A DNA stretch of 64,000 nt from Anthoceros angustus (lineage: Eukaryota > Plantae > Anthocerotophyta). How positions within the stretch are numbered: position 1 is the stretch's first letter; every line of letters begins with the position of its first letter. The DNA lies in assembly GCA_010909165.1 (NCBI GenBank), contig VJWM01000255.1, forward strand, positions 62,001 through 126,000, read 5' to 3'. The translations under genes were made by a program, and so were the position numbers. The notes under the pieces are model-generated. The model was not told where the DNA came from, ran no database searches, and saw nothing but the letters and a program-made list of their open reading frames with translations. Positions 44,918 to 59,700 of this stretch are shown one piece after another.

Positions 44918-47585
44918 CTACCTGCTTTTGTGGCCACTTTTACCCAACTTCCTCTTCAGAGACTGGACCATGGATGTAATTTCAGCCTTCCTCTTCCTGG
45001 ACGGCTCAGCTACTTTGTCGCTGGGGTCGTTCACTGTTTCAGTGGTGCCAGCTACGACTGCCTTTCGTCTCTGCTTCTCTGCCATGATGCCCATCTGGGC
45101 TGACGATCTGCGACAGGCATAGTAGCAAACAAGTGAGCATCTTGAAAGAAAGGTTGGGACAAGGATGATCGAAGTAACCATCATTAGAATTGGGATTACC
45201 TTCTGAACTGTGGATCCGTCGGTTCAATGGCGAAGTTATGGTTATCGAAGAGCGGAGCAAAGCGAGGGTCTTCCAAGTCAGCTGCTAATGTGGTTTGCGC
45301 CTCATCCTGCGCAGTTTCTCCCTTCTGCTGCGCCTTCTTGTCCCTCTTTCCTTTTTGCTTTTTGATATTAAACCCTTTAACTCCATTTTGCACACCATGG
45401 TCATCCATGAGTAGAAGCTCCAGCTCTGCTTTGCTCCTTTCTTCCTCCTCCTTTGCACTCGCCTTCTCTTTCCTCCTCTTGGCCCTTCCCTCTTCCTTCT
45501 CAGATTGCTTCGCTCTGCTCTGCAACTTGTTTCTTGGAGCACGTTGGATTGTATCCTCCGCAGGTTGGCCATCAGCAGAGGTAAAGAAGGGGTCATTGAA
45601 AGGATCATCGCCTTGATCAAAGAAGGGATCATTTCCACCCCTTTTCAATTCCCCCTTACCCTCATCACTATCTTCGACGTCACTGTCAGTTGTCTCATTA
45701 CGCTTCTTCCCCCTTGCTTTCTTCTTCTCTCTCTTTTTCCTTAAAAACGCTTCCCACACAGTCTCCTCTCCCCTGTTCTTTTCCTCTTTCTTCTGCTGGA
45801 GCCGTTCGCTCAGCTCATCCAGTCCAGTGTGAAAAGTGACTTCCATCTCTTCCTGCTCCTTCTCTTGATCTTCGCCACTTGGGTCTCCTAACAAGAGGCT
45901 TCGATACTTCTCCTTCTTTTTCTCCTTTATCTTGCTGGCTATTCCAGCTTCCGGGCCTGAAGGGCTGGTGTCAGGCGCACCAGCTTCAACCTCAACCTCC
46001 TCATCACCTTCCTCATCACTATCAGAAGCCAGATACTCCGCAAAGTCCATCTCATTCAGCTGCAAGTGAATTAGGGTCAGAACTATCATGACACAGCTTA
46101 CAAAACTACATCATAACTTCAAAAATGATTCGTCTGAACCAGCCAAGGTTACAGCCATTCACCTGATCTGCATTGAAATTCCGCCGCAGAGCTTTCACAC
46201 GGACAGGTTCATCATCATCCCAAGTTAGTTTTACGGTGCTATGCTGGAGAGCTCTTGTCTCAAACTCTGGTGCTTTGTACTCAGCCGGAACCTGCAAAAA
46301 CCTTGCACCTCTTAAGTCTTTACAGCCACAAAAAACCATTCAGTGCCAAAATTTCAGCTGCTTGATAGCTCCCAAGTCCGTTCGAAAGGGAGGTCTTTAC
46401 CTCCGTGGCAGCATCTCGAGGAGGGTGTTTGAACTCCATCTCTTCCGGAATAAAGCGCAAGTCAAGAGTGTTTGATGTGCGTTCAAACTCCATCCCATCA
46501 CACGCTTTATACAACGAATTTGCAGTTGCACTGGAATCACACTCAACTACTGCATAATAGTACCTAATGCCACAAATACCAGACAACCACGTAGCAATTA
46601 GCACAACACCCCCTGGATGTAGGCAACACACCATATCTCAAGTACTCAACGCAGTGACCATAATAAAGCAGTTTCAGCAACGGAACCTTAATTTTGCCTT
46701 CTCATATTGTCTCAGCTTCTCCATATTTTTATCAGGGTCCTCATCTTCTTCGTCCGCATCAAAAACATCAGTTGGACCTTGGACCTCCTCCTGCTTCATC
46801 TGCTCGAGGCCGAATTCTGATGGATAGATCTTCACGGAGGTTATATCACCTCTCTTGGGCAGGAAGGATCGCATCAGGACCAGCAAGTCAACAGCCTGTA
46901 CAGACACCGCAAATGTGGTCAAAGTAAGGGCTATAAGGCATTCGCCTAATCTATCTTCTGCCAGCCACAGGAGACCAACAAGCTCTTCATGATATGAAAC
47001 CGACCTTGATGTGCTGCCAGTCCATGTTGACCATGGCCAACCGTCTTGTCTCCTCATCCGTGGTGGGCACCTTCTCCTCCTGGGCAATAAAACCTAAGCA
47101 TGTTTAATAACTCGAGCAGAGCTCTGCAGCAAGACGGGGAACCCGCACATCCAGGCCCAAACCCGTACCTCCTCTGCCGGATCCTCTTCTTCCAGCTCAC
47201 TCTCCTCATCCGAGGACGAGGACGACGACTCTGAGGCCGAGGCTTCAGCTTCCTCCTCCTCCTTCTCCTCTTCCTCCTCATCATCGCTCACTTCATTCTC
47301 TTCAGCTGCCTCCTTTTCCTCATCAGCCACTCTGTAGTAGCGGCGCAGGGAGTGACGGTCCTTCTTCTCCGTCTTGCGGCCTCGCTTGTCCAGAGCATGA
47401 GGATCGGCAAAATCCTTGTCCTTGAAAATGTGCTGGAAGCGAGCATCGATTGGAACCTTGGCCTCTTTCTTTGGCATGCGCTGGAAGCGCGGATCCGCAT
47501 GCAGCCTCGCAAACCGGGGATCTTGCACGACCTCGTCAATTTTGCCTCTGGGCTTAGAACCCCGTCCTCCATCTCTGCGCGCCAT
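44918..47585 (-). CDS. ESF1: Pre-rRNA processing protein ESF1 (NUC153 domain), multi-exon
   Basis: 'DPRFARLHADPRF...IDARF...DKRGR', 'TRRLAMVNMDWQHIKAVDL', 'V.IYPSEFGLEQM..EEVQGP', 'LRQYE..KLRYYYAVVEC', 'DGMEFERTSNTLDLRFIP', 'LTWDDD', NUC153 'DPRFAPLF..HNFAIEPTDPQF'. Confidence 0.95.
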
Positions 47586-47941
47586 CTTCCCTCGAACAGC
47601 GAACAGCGAACAGCTTCAGCTACTGTGTGAAGGACATACGTTCTCCGATTCCTCCGCTTTGAACACCTATGCTTTCTTCAAATTTTGAAGTATTAGATAA
47701 AGGTGATATATCCGGCTCCTAACTCACATATGTAGCAGCTTTCTTGTGCAGTTTCAGCGGAGAGTGGCGGAGAGGAACCTTCTTTTCGAGGAAGTCATGG
47801 ATGCTTCGCGCCCAGCTCAGGGCAAGGCGAGCCGCCGAGACAGAAGACAGGCAATCCTGTGGAGGAGGAAATGACGATGTTACCTGGCTACATCTGGCCC
47901 TAAATCTGAAGCCAAGGGAGAGGCAATCGAATTGCTCGGAG

Positions 47942-49165
47942 ATGAGTTTCCTAGCAGGCCGACTGGCAGCCTCGGAGGGCGCCTACTTCAAAGAGACGTC
48001 CAAGTCTGCGCTGGTGGCGCTGAAGCAGAATTTGGAGAAAAGGGGGGGAGTGGCAAAGCAGGCAGAGAGCGGATCCGGAGGAGGGGAACACGCAGACGTG
48101 CTGCCGGAAGTTCTGCGCCATTCGGTTCCGCTGGTTGTCACTCCTGCTGAGGTTGCGGCTTCGGAGTCCTTGCCGCAGTCCACCTCCCTTGCCGCTGTGG
48201 CTGCCAGGAGCGCGGCTCAGGCTTCTGCGGAGCCTGCAAGGCTGGGTGCTACCGGCCAGCGGATTTTCGTTGCTGTACCGCAGACTGCGCTAGGGCCTCG
48301 GAAGTGAGTGCCTGCCTCTTGCGTGGTTATTGGAGAAATGGAGTATGTGGCATAGGTGTTTGATGTGATGCTGTTTGCTGCAGATGGGAGATCGATGCGC
48401 AGGCGGTCAAGGTGGTGCCTTCGACGGCCAATGCAGCTAGAACGGATGTCGATGATACGCGTAATTTGAAGGATGCGGTTGAGGGATATCTCTCGAGTAA
48501 GTGCATTGCCCTGGTTTGGTTGCCGACACGATCTGATCAGACGCGTCTCGTTGTTTTCTAATTTACGCGGTCTGGCAGTTACCAAGGCTTTCTTTTTGGC
48601 CACGGCACTGGTGTTTGGTGGTGGCACACTTGCAGTGGGAGTGACAGCCTCACGCCTCCAGATGAAAACGGTAAGCAGAATTGTTTGTTCGTGGGGTGCA
48701 TGAGAGTATAGCCAATCTCTCTGCCTTGGATTGGGGGCTCTGATCCTTTGTTCTGTTTCCTGTATCTTTGCAGTTTGAAGACGTGAGGATCAAAGGCAAG
48801 GAGTTGATGAGACCTCGCGTTGAAGCATGGCAGAACAGATTCGAGCCCTTGAAAATCTGGGTGCGTGTTCCAGCCCTTGCGTAGTGACAAAGAGAGTCTC
48901 AGTTCTGCATAGTCACTTGTTTGCATCAGGGATTGAGGTATACTGGTAGTATTCCCCTAGCCTCCCCTGATATCTAATAAAGCTTTCTGCGTACTGCAAG
49001 CAGGTACATGGGCTGTCTGCACGTGGACAACGAGATGAATATAGGCGTCACGAACTTGGTGCAGTGTTTGGCCTGGCTTCTGGTGTCTCACAGAATTGTG
49101 TTCAAAGCGTCAGCGGTGTCAAGGCATCTTGTTCTTCTTCTGAAAGGAACGATGTCCTTGTGTAG
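47942..49165 (+). CDS. Conserved plant protein of unknown function (At2g45060-like), ~5 exons
   Basis: 'MSFLAGRLAASEGAYF', 'ADVLPEVLRHS', 'PQTALGPRKW', 'STANAAR', 'KAFFLATALVFGG', 'DVRIKGKELMRPR'. The last exon and stop are inferred. Confidence 0.75.
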
Positions 49166-49373
49166 GGGTGTGGACCCCCTTTCTTTCACTCGGGAAGCTG
49201 TGCCTCCCTTTGTTTGTAGTGCACCGAGATTCTGACCTGGTGGTCTACAAGGTGAAGGAGGTAGTATTTCCTGTATATTGTGCTTAGTTCCTGTTGTCAT
49301 CGTACGGGGAGGGCGGCTTGCTCCTCACACAAGGCTTATTGTATGTACATACGTACTGCATCTTGTACATGTT

Positions 49374-50814
49374 CTACTCTTCGTACTTGGGAACAGCAGG
49401 CTTCCCACACAAGGCTTTTACGATTTCCAGAGGAGTGATAATACCAAGAAGCCGTCCATCCTCCTCGGTCACCCACACATGGGGAGCTCCATGAGAAAGC
49501 ATTTGAGCAAGGACTGCAGCGAGGGAGCTCCGTGGTCGACAAGTCACAAGCTCACTCATCAAGGGCCTTCGACTCCACTGGCCAAGACGGTCAAGCAAAG
49601 CCTCTGTAAGCAGAGGAGAATTGCAGAGACAAGTTGCTTTTTCAAGCCGTCCTAGTGCAACAGATGTTCTCGTACTGAGTTTATGTACTGACACATGAGC
49701 GCCGTCTGCCAGGTCTTCCCCTGAGTTCCTGGCAACCTTTGAGGATAACTGTGGAAGACTGCAAACACCTCTGTAGTAGCTGCAGTACATTGTAAACTCA
49801 GCCGCCGACAAGGTTGCAAATGCAGCGACCACCCAGTCCTCACAACCTGGTAAACTATGCCTGGAGACCTCCCCAACAATTCGGTAATCACCTGAACCGG
49901 CAACACAGTCCTGCGAGTCCCTGCACACAGTTTCTTCCACCACTGCAATGGCAGCGTGGTTCCCTCGTGATCTAGCTTTCTGGAAAATATCGGCGGCAGC
50001 CAATGCCTGCAAGTACAAGTGAAGTGAGTTTCAGGCAGCCAGCACCAAGGGCCATCAGAAGCTTTGGTGAGTGAATACCTGAGCTTCCGCATTCAGCATG
50101 AGGAAATCTCTCGTTATGATTCCGAGAGAGTCTACAGACGTCAAAGGGATGGGCGCCAGAGCACCCAAGCACCCAGTCAGGAAGCGAATTATCTCGGGCA
50201 AGCAAAGGCAGCAGTACTCCTGTTTCTCCATCAGAAGTGAGCTAAACCGTGTGGCAGGTGGTGATACTATCCATTGACCATTGTATACGACCGAGAAATG
50301 ACTTGATAGTCGTTGGTCTTCGGAATTCAAGGGCACCAATAACCTCTCCGCTCCTTGTAAGAACAGTTCCAGAGCGTCATACAGTCTGCATGCACCACAA
50401 GATCAGGTTTTGAAGCCTATGACATCAGGAGCTCAGCAGCGAATACAGGAAATCGAACCTCGTTGCAGGATCCACATACTGGATGAGCCCACGACTAACA
50501 CGTACGATATCAGCTACTGGGCACTGAAGAGCCCTCTCCGGGTTCTGCAGGCTTTCAGGTGAAGCCAGAAAAACCATAATATCCATCAAGGAGATGATAC
50601 CTAGAAACCTGTCAACCCTCCCTTTTGGATTGTCCTCCGCACCCTGTCCCATCGTGTACCTCCTGGGCGTCTGCCAGACAGCTACTTCCACTTGGTTGGT
50701 CGACTTCAACGTCGTAAGGGCATGATGGACTGAAGCTGAGTGAGGAAATTCTTTCATTCTTGGCTTTCCAAGAGTTATATCACCTACGACATGATAAAAG
50801 AGAACAGCTGACAT
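49374..50814 (-). CDS. CBS-domain protein, CBSX6-like
   Basis: 'MSAVLFYHVVGDITLGKP', 'YCCLCLPEIIRFL.GCLGALAPIPLTSV', 'C...SSLAAVLAQMLSH..PHVWVTEED..L.GII'. Confidence 0.85.
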
Positions 50815-51912
50815 AGATGACAATGTAAAGCACCCAGTGAATCCCGCTCACTTGCAGAGTGAATGACACTCGGATTCAACCGCTTGGACCTTCCACAGAG
50901 AATGGGTACCAAAGCTGCCCCTGCCAATCTGCGACCCAATCCAATCGCTTTCAGACTTGCACTGCCTAGCTCTCTCATGCTTATATATCAGCTGCCTGAG
51001 ACACCAAAGCATCGTACGAGCTTCATGCAGTTCGTCCTCAAAAGTCCGATTCATCGCGCTCGGATGCAGACCACTGCACCTGCCTAGCTGCTGCAAACAA
51101 CCTGGCATATGTCACCTAATTTGACAAACCAAATGTGTGCTACCATGTCGCTGTGATCTGTCTCTCAAGCCGCCAGAAACAAGCACGCAGGGCACAAGAC
51201 AGGATGCACAGGCATTCGAGGATAGACAAGCATAGACTACACATCCTTCGCCTTGAAAGACCACAATGAGCACCTCCGGTGTTTCCATCGTTTTTCCCCT
51301 CAATAAAATAGATTTCAACAAGTCCGGAGAAGGAAGACAGGGCACAAACCACGCCACGTAGCTTAGTGGGACCTTAGGATAAGCATGCCATGGGGAGTTT
51401 TCGTTGTCCATGGCACACAGATGCGAACCTGATAGGGCGATGCTCTGTTTTGCAAAAGCTTCACCGCTTTCACCGACTGAACAGCTGTGTCGTACGTCAT
51501 TCAAGGTGCTACGACCGTGGGCCCTCTCTTGACTGGACCGAACAGGGACGACCCCGCCAAACCTACATTCAACGGGTCGTTTGCTTAAACTGCCAGACCA
51601 GAAAACCTCGTCTCGTTTGTTTTATCCTTCCACTACAACCGACTGCAGGTTGTGACCGACACGCATGCAATACAAAACTCATGTACAGCATGACTGTTCA
51701 AAGGAGTGTATGTCACGCATAGGTGGTTCCTGACCTATTATTACAATAACACGTTCAAGCAGCTGAACAATTCCACCTGTAGCAGCATGAGCTCCGACTG
51801 ATGCGATCTGAACAGCAGAGACTAAGGGTCTTCAACCTGCAGTGGTGATACAAGGGTATGGGAATCAGGACACCCAGAGACAGAAATCCTAGCAGATGAG
51901 AATAAGACTATA

Positions 51913-54900
51913 TTAGGAGGGCTCACCTTCAGATCGGATGATAAACTCCGTCAAAGCTTTCCTGACCTCCACGGTTGTAAACACAAGACTGTTAAAATTT
52001 TGTTTACAATATGTCATGAGGTCTCTTAAAGTCTCTAGAAAGGATTCGGGTGCGTTGCGCAATATCAGCTCGAGTAACACAATCTCACTTTTGAGACTTT
52101 CCAGGGCTTCACTCAAGCACTCTGACAGCTGTGGCATATCCGGGAGCGTCCTTTGAGCTTGCCCCAACTTCATTATCCTGTCAATCCCATCACGGATCGA
52201 CTTGAGAAATCGGGGTAGAACCAATTGGGGGTGGCATTGGCAGTTGCTGCAAGTGAAATACACCCCTGCAACCTGTTCACCTGCAAGGTTCAGAAACGGA
52301 TCACCTGAGTAACATTAGGTCATTGCAATGCATGCATGCCTGAGATAGAGACCAACATTTCACTGACAATGTTACCCTGCTGGTTGGTCGAGACTGGTCG
52401 CATCATTGCCAAGAGACAATTTTCCAGTGCACAAGCTGTGTGCAGTCCTGTCTTGCAGACCATGCACTCAACCCTGGTGCCCAGAGATAGCTTCCCGTTC
52501 ATTGATTTCTGATCGGACATACCAATGGTTATATACTACTTGACATAGTCCAGGGACAGATTACTTTCGTAAGGAAGGACATGGGAGACCAATCAGGAGT
52601 GGCTACGCACAACATCTGTGCCTGTAAGAGAAACAAATTCATTATGGGCATTTGAGTGGAGACTTACCCGGCAGCCACGACAGATATCTGCCCAAAACCC
52701 AACCGCTCCCTGTGTTTGCCTCATATCCGTCACATATTTGTTACAGTGCAACAAGCTCTGCATCTGTTGGATTGGAGACATTGGAATACTCGGCATTCCA
52801 ATCGCCGTAATTCCCACAAGATGCTGCTGAGTCACTTCAGGCGGACGATGGCTGCTGTACTGCAGCTGTAGCAGATGATTTGCTGCTGAAACATACGGAT
52901 GCTGTAGTCCATGATGTACAAACTGCTGCAAATTTTGGCTTGTCTGCTGAGAGCTAGCTGCCTGAGTTGGGGTGCCATACAGCAAGCTCTGCCCCTGCCT
53001 GACAAGAGGAGCTGCTCCATGGACGTCATTCCTTGGAGTGATTTGGTTCAAGTGGGGACTTGGAGCACCAGTCAACTGAATTAAGTCTTGCTGCACAGTT
53101 GGACCTATTGCTCCCTGGCAGGAATCCTGACGGTTCACAGCAGACAGCAGGATCGTACAGCTTCCAACAGCAGTTGATGGCTTGCTCTTTTGTTCCACTC
53201 CTGTGCAGGCACCAGCATCAGTTCTAGAGTACGTGATCCCATGTGACGTAACAGGGTGTTGAGACGGGGACATTGAACCACCATTAGAAAACTCTTTGAG
53301 AAGCTGCAAAACGGTTTTGTCAAAAGACAAAAATGTGTCAGCAATAAATCTCCATATAGAGCAAAAACAAGACATGATAGTTGGCAAGCCCAAAAGCTGC
53401 TAACTTCAGCCAGAAAACATGCCACAATCTTTAAGCAAGAAAGTACCTCTGTGTTCTTTGACACGTGTGTAACAGCAACCCTCCACTGATTGCCATTTGA
53501 CTCAGGGAACTTGGCAGGCGGCAGATTTCCTTCTTTCGCTGCAAGTGGAGTGCTGGGACTATCAACAGTATTGGTTGTTCCACACGGATTATCCAGACAT
53601 ATAATTTCTGCTGGGCCTCCTTTACAGACGTTCAAACGGGCCACCGCAGTGTGGGGACCAGAAACCTCATCTGAAGTCTCACCAGGCTCATCCAGACATA
53701 TTATAGGACCTGTTACGTACCCTTTAACTTCGTCCGACCTCCGTCGGTCAGTTAACACATTGGTCACTCTAAACACGTCCCTCTGGGCTGAATTGAGATC
53801 AGTCTGCATGCAAGCCTCCACAGTTGATTTTCTGGTGGAGACATGCTCTACAGGTGGCTGCGCCAGGGCGGCTGGTACAGGATCTATGCCAATAGGGCGA
53901 TTGGGCATACTAGCAGCTGGAATCACACCATTTCCTGGATGCTTACAGGGCTGTGCTGCTTCCGCTGCTTTTGTTGCTGCAGGGGCCTCTCGTACAGCGC
54001 TATCAAGAGGCTGTGGACCATCATCTATCAAACCTTGCACTGCATTACAAATAGCACTAGCTTCCCCCAAAGTTTTCACATATGCAAGAATGATTTCGTG
54101 ATTGTTCCGGGCAGCATCAAGACCAATCACCTGCCACGCAGCTCCATCCTGTTCAATTCGAAATTTCATGCTGTGCCTGTTCTCAGTTACATCGTCCAAA
54201 GATCTTGCTGATTCCAGAAGACTGAGTTCTTGGCTGTTCAGGTAACTCTTGTAAATACCCGTAGCTACCATGATTCCAGATTCATATATATCCAATTGCT
54301 CCATACACCGGGCACTAGAAAATACTGCTGGGCTTATTCCTGCATACGCCGGACCAGTGTCACTGTTACTAACCAGCAGACCTACAGGGTGGTCACTTCT
54401 ATCAACCAGATCCATGCCTTCTATACTGTCTACAAAACTTGGACCAAGTTTGTCAGTTGGGGCCTCTGATTCCTTGCTACCAGCCCTTACAGATCCGCCA
54501 GAGGGCTGGGAAGCTGTCCCAGAAGCATTGATGTTAGCCTTCATTTCAGTCTCATCTACATGTAGGTTTAACCCTTTGACACCAACTATATCGGGTTCGG
54601 GCACATCCTGAAGTTGCTGCGAGCTCCCAAAGGTCTTTTCTTCAGATACCCACCCTGATTCAATACAAGATGATGTGGCACTTAAGCCAGCACCTACTTC
54701 AACTTCTCCAACAGACTGGATTTGCTCCTGACGAGCAACGGAATCATTGTCACCATTGTCTGCTCTACTTTCTGATACTTGATCAAGAACACTGTCAACA
54801 CCTTTTGGACAACTCTGAACCTTGATGCTGTCAGCCCTTTGTCCAGAGCCATGTTCTTCTGCCCAAGCTCTCGAATTTTTCAAGGGAGCTGTAAACCGGC

Positions 54901-56724
54901 TATGGATCAAAGACTCCAGTGGTGGTACCTCCTGTTTCAGAACACTTCGCATGGTAGTTATCTGTCCCCATAACATCTTTGAGACGTCTGACACAAGTGC
55001 ATCCTGCTCCAACAAATCAGCACTGATTAACTGCTCCATCCGCTCGAATGACACTGCATCTGTGCACTGAGATCTGACAACCATTAGAGCCAGAAGTGAA
55101 CGGCATAGATCAGCAAGGAGCAACAGTGCTTCAAATCCTGCACACATGGAATGTACTATCTTGAGAGACATATGCTTCATGGTGTCACCAACATACCTTG
55201 GGACGCTTCCCATGTGAGCAGTCCAATCCACTTTGAGTGTCACTCAATGTCTCACCCTGACCAGCGCCTGTTGGCACTCTTTCCCAGGTCTGTTCTCCAT
55301 GAGTGTCATACTTCCTTTTAGTCCATAAGCTATTTGATCTCTTTGAGCGTTGAAGCACCTCTTCAGCCTTTGCGAGTTTGCGCAATTTGCAAGGTCGTAA
55401 CCTTGGTCTCTTCAACAGGGCTTTTGCATTTGCAGAACATATTGCTAGTTCTTCTTGTTTCTCATGGCTGACCCCTAGAGAGGCATTCGTTTCAGGCATA
55501 TCTTGAATCTTATTGACGTCTGTCATGGTCTCAGAATCTGAACTCCTTCGTCCACCTGCAAGTTGACAGAGGCACCAACTGTGACCCTCAATCTCAAAGC
55601 CTAGAGTGGGAAGCCCCACTGCACGATTGCTACCCACTTCCATAAATTGCCAGATCCCTTTATAATTCGCCCATGAGTTTAGTAGCTGACTGAGTGCATG
55701 CAAGGCCAGCAACAAAAGAGATGATGAGGCAAGCTGACGCACACATTACATTTGAGATGTTCTGCATTGCTGGGACAGTGATCTCCAGACAAGTAGACAA
55801 GTTCAACACGAGAATTCGATAGGCAAGCCTGCTAAAACCCAGAGAGCAAATTACTTAGATTAGAGATTTGAAATGCCCTGCAGGCTCATTCCCATTACAC
55901 TCTACAAAGCATGGCTAGACATGCTGATCACACCAACCTGACTTGGGTTGTAACGGCCGTTGTAGAAGTCCTCCACATACCACGTGTACCCCACAGTCCA
56001 ACCGCTTGCCACACTCCAGCTCAAAGAAGGACGCAGATGCTCGGGTTCCACAAAGTACTTGTCTTCCACCTTTCGCTCACCCTGAGGTGGCCAGTGTTGT
56101 CGAACCTGCCCAACACCATCTCGTGAGCCAGAAACTAAAAGTGAAGAGCATACTTCAGCCAGGTGTCACACAGCGAAGCATCTATCGGCAGGGATTGGGG
56201 TCACCTCCACCATTCCATCCTCACGGACAGAAACGACTTTGGCCTTCCACCAGGTAAATTGGTGAAGCCATTCTACATCCTCGCCCACTTTCCAAGGATC
56301 CTCACTCACAATTCCTAACTGAGCAGGACCAGATAGTCTGACGACCTCGTGCTTTCGAACAAGTTTTGGAGGCAAGGGCCTACACATCAAGTACTTCTGT
56401 TTTTGCCTTCGCCTAGGGATAGCTTGATACAAATCCATCCATTCCCTGGCTGCATGCCCACCAGCAACCCCAGAAAGCAACAGGAGCTGAAATTTCTACA
56501 TTACAGGAGGTACCAAAGAACCTGTAAGACCGTAACGTATCAATAGACCCACCTTGTCCAGGGAAGTCCAGATACTCAATGTACATGGACACCCGCCTGT
56601 TGCGTTTTTCCTGGATGTCGTGAATCTTGCACCTGAACCACCCACCTCGATACCCTTCTAAATGCGACAGCACCTCTACCTCTTCGGCAAGACCGAACGG
56701 ACAAATAGCCTCCGACATGGCCAT
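51913..56724 (-). CDS. Agenet/Tudor-domain protein with a long low-complexity middle and a C-terminal Cys/His (PHD-like) finger
   Basis: 'EEVEVLSHLEGYRGGWFRCKI', 'WKVGEDVEWLHQFTWWKAKV', 'LRPSLSW'. C-terminal 'CRGC...CMVCKTGLHTAC...FTCSNC'. Internal splicing is approximate. Confidence 0.72.
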
Positions 56725-59700
56725 AGACCCTATCCACCAACTGCAACACACAGCAGGACATGAGGAACTTAAAAAAGAAGCCTCAAGCCAGAGGCCATCT
56801 CCTCCGGATGCAAACAAAAAATCTACGACTTCTACACTGATCACACCGCTACCTGCCAATTAACCACAAACGGATGCTAAGATCACAAGGGGATGGCTAC
56901 ACTCGGAATTTCCCACCATGCCTGACAAAGCAGACCGGTACATTCCCATCACATGCGGTCACTCAGCGGTACGGAGTGCAACGCAAAAACAGACAGCCAG
57001 CGTTGCATGTCGCATCCAGTGCACATGCATGAAAGGGAAAGCGCGGTGCATTGCGACTCCCTACTAAATCCACAGACAAGGCCTTGCTCTGCGAAAAGGA
57101 GGATGAAAAGCTTCTTCCCAGTGCACAATGAGGTCCCCAAAGTTCTCCAGCTTACCAGGCCACGCCAAGTCCGAATTGATCGGGCCGGGGCCCGCCGTCG
57201 CCTGGGCTATCAGATCAATTCCACCGCAGAAGGAGAAACACATTCCTCCGACGAAACACGGCCTATAAGCCGGCATCATGCCATCCCTCTGACTTGCAGA
57301 AAGCCACTCGGCGAACGCTTCATCGGGAAGGGGGAGACAGAAGCGCAACCGCACGGAATCCGAGAAGCTGCAAGGCCGGTGCCTCCATCGAGGCTTTCCT
57401 CAGCGGGGTTGCGGGAAGGAACAGGAAGAGACACGCAGGAGCAAACTGCAAAGCTCGCTTACCTTGAAGCCGGCTCTACCATCGAAGCACCACGACAGCC
57501 TCGGGCGTAACTCGTAAGTTCCGGAAGACCGTATCAAGCGCCCAGCCTATACGGATTCGAAAACACCCATATTCCTTTGGAGGATTGCCTGGAACCTTGT
57601 AACCGTTGTCGCTTACGAGGGAGCAACACAATTTCGTCGCCTACGGAATTTCACCTTCCAATTTTCCCTCGTCTAGCTTCACAGTCGGATGACAGCCTTC
57701 TAGCTCACGCTCCAATTTCCGATGACGGGGTCCCCAACGTCACGCTGAAATGATCCGGTAAAACAAATCAGCGCCTTAATCCATTTCAGATTTTAGGGTA
57801 TCTCTAGAAGGCTGTGTCCTAATAAGTGATCTCAATTTCATCACTGATTGGACACTACGTCGGCCCTCGCGGAACAACTTTTAACCACCCAAAACCTTAA
57901 GCCAAGAAAATCACAAAATATTACATATTAATTAAAATAAACTAAATATATTATATATCAATTGACATATCATCTGTGTGTATAAAGCTTCTTACCTCAG
58001 CATGTTTATGTGCACCCCTGTTCTTTGGGCGAATGTCGTCGTACTTTCTTGCTGTGGTTTGTGTTCTTTTATGATCAGTATCATGTGGCACAGCACAAAG
58101 ATCAGTTGTTTTACGACACGAAGATCAGTTGTCTATCCAAAGTAGATCGGGCATTCACAATCTACGTGATTTAGAGGACCCAACGGTTTACAATAACGGA
58201 GATAACCGACTTGGATGCCCAATTGTTGCAAGAACCTAGCTCTAGGAGGGAAGTAGAAAGGAGGCTTGACTACTACTGTGAAGCCCAGCATTCATCGTGT
58301 GCAATTGAAGACTTCAAGGTGCTGCGAAGGTCCATTGTTGTTGCTTTGAAAGCCCATTGTTTTGAATGGTTCCCTTCCCTGCATGCCTCTAGAGCTAGTT
58401 GGTCCTTGTATGCGTATAATTTATGGCTACACCAAATAGGTGCAGCTTCAAAAGTTTTGAAAGTTGACGGGACTTTCTTTGATCATGTCCATCCATCGAA
58501 CCATGCCAACCTCACTGCATGGCTGAATATGTTGGCTGAATATGTTGAGAGTTTCATGGGAGGTCAAGGGTGTATGCAAATTGGTAGAGTTTGATTGTAC
58601 CTTTTTGCTCAATGTTGGGAAAGAATATGTTGTTGTTTGCTGGAAGTGGTCCGATGAGTGGGAAAGAATGTATTGTTGTCTGTTGGAAGTGGTCCGCTGA
58701 TTGTCTGGTCTTGGCTACGTACTTTTGGCGAAAGTAAAAACCATGGCTACTGCCAATGTTCCATCACTATACCTTGCCAAGACAAAAAAAACCAAGTGGG
58801 CAGCTATCACCTAGTTTAGTTGGGAAGATGAAAGAGCTAGTCAAGGATTGTGGCGCTTCACAAACTTGATGTTGCAAATGAAGAAGAGTCAAGTGACTCT
58901 AAGAAATCCATATACTGTGAAGAAGGAGCTGGAAGAATTTGGAGAAACTGGAGGAACTTTGAAGCTAGGAAGCTGCGTGCTTGCAGGAGTGTGTATGCTA
59001 AGCATTTTTTGCTGTCTTGATACGAGTCTTGTGTATTTTATGGCTAGATGGTGTAAGTCATTATTGAGCCGTGTCAATTCTCTATCATCGCTGTTTTTAG
59101 ACCTGGAGCACCACTGTTTAGGTTGTGCGGACTTCACTGTCTGAAGAGTTGGAATGAAGAGTTAGAAAGGGGAAGGGAGGGTTTGCACTGGAAACCTGTG
59201 TGCCTATATGTGTTGAGACAATGTGAGTGCCCGCTATTGTCCGATTTCTTTGTAAGGAAGAGTTAGAAAGGGGAAGGGAGGGCTTGCTCTGGAAACCTGT
59301 GCGCCTGTACGTGTTGATACTGTGTGAGTGCTTGCTATTGTGTGTCTTGCAGCATCTGACCTCAGCGCAGAAAAGAGGCCAGGCCTTAGCACGGGGCATG
59401 CGACTGTCAAGTGAAAAGATCAAATTCTGTTTAAGAGATGATGAGAACAAGTGCTACTTGGTGATTAGGGAATAATAGCCTGCCATCTTGCAATTCAACA
59501 TACCTAGTATTGGAATCAATGGACCTGGACTATGATGCTCCCTTTTTCTCATAAAGATGTATTTTGAGATTGGTCAAATTCTTTTCTTTGAGATACGTAC
59601 CTATTTCCATTAGTGGCAAAAGAAGGATGGTCGTATTTTGCATCTTATATACGTTGAGGGAGTTGGAAGGAATACGACTCACGAGGGCTATGTTCAATCA

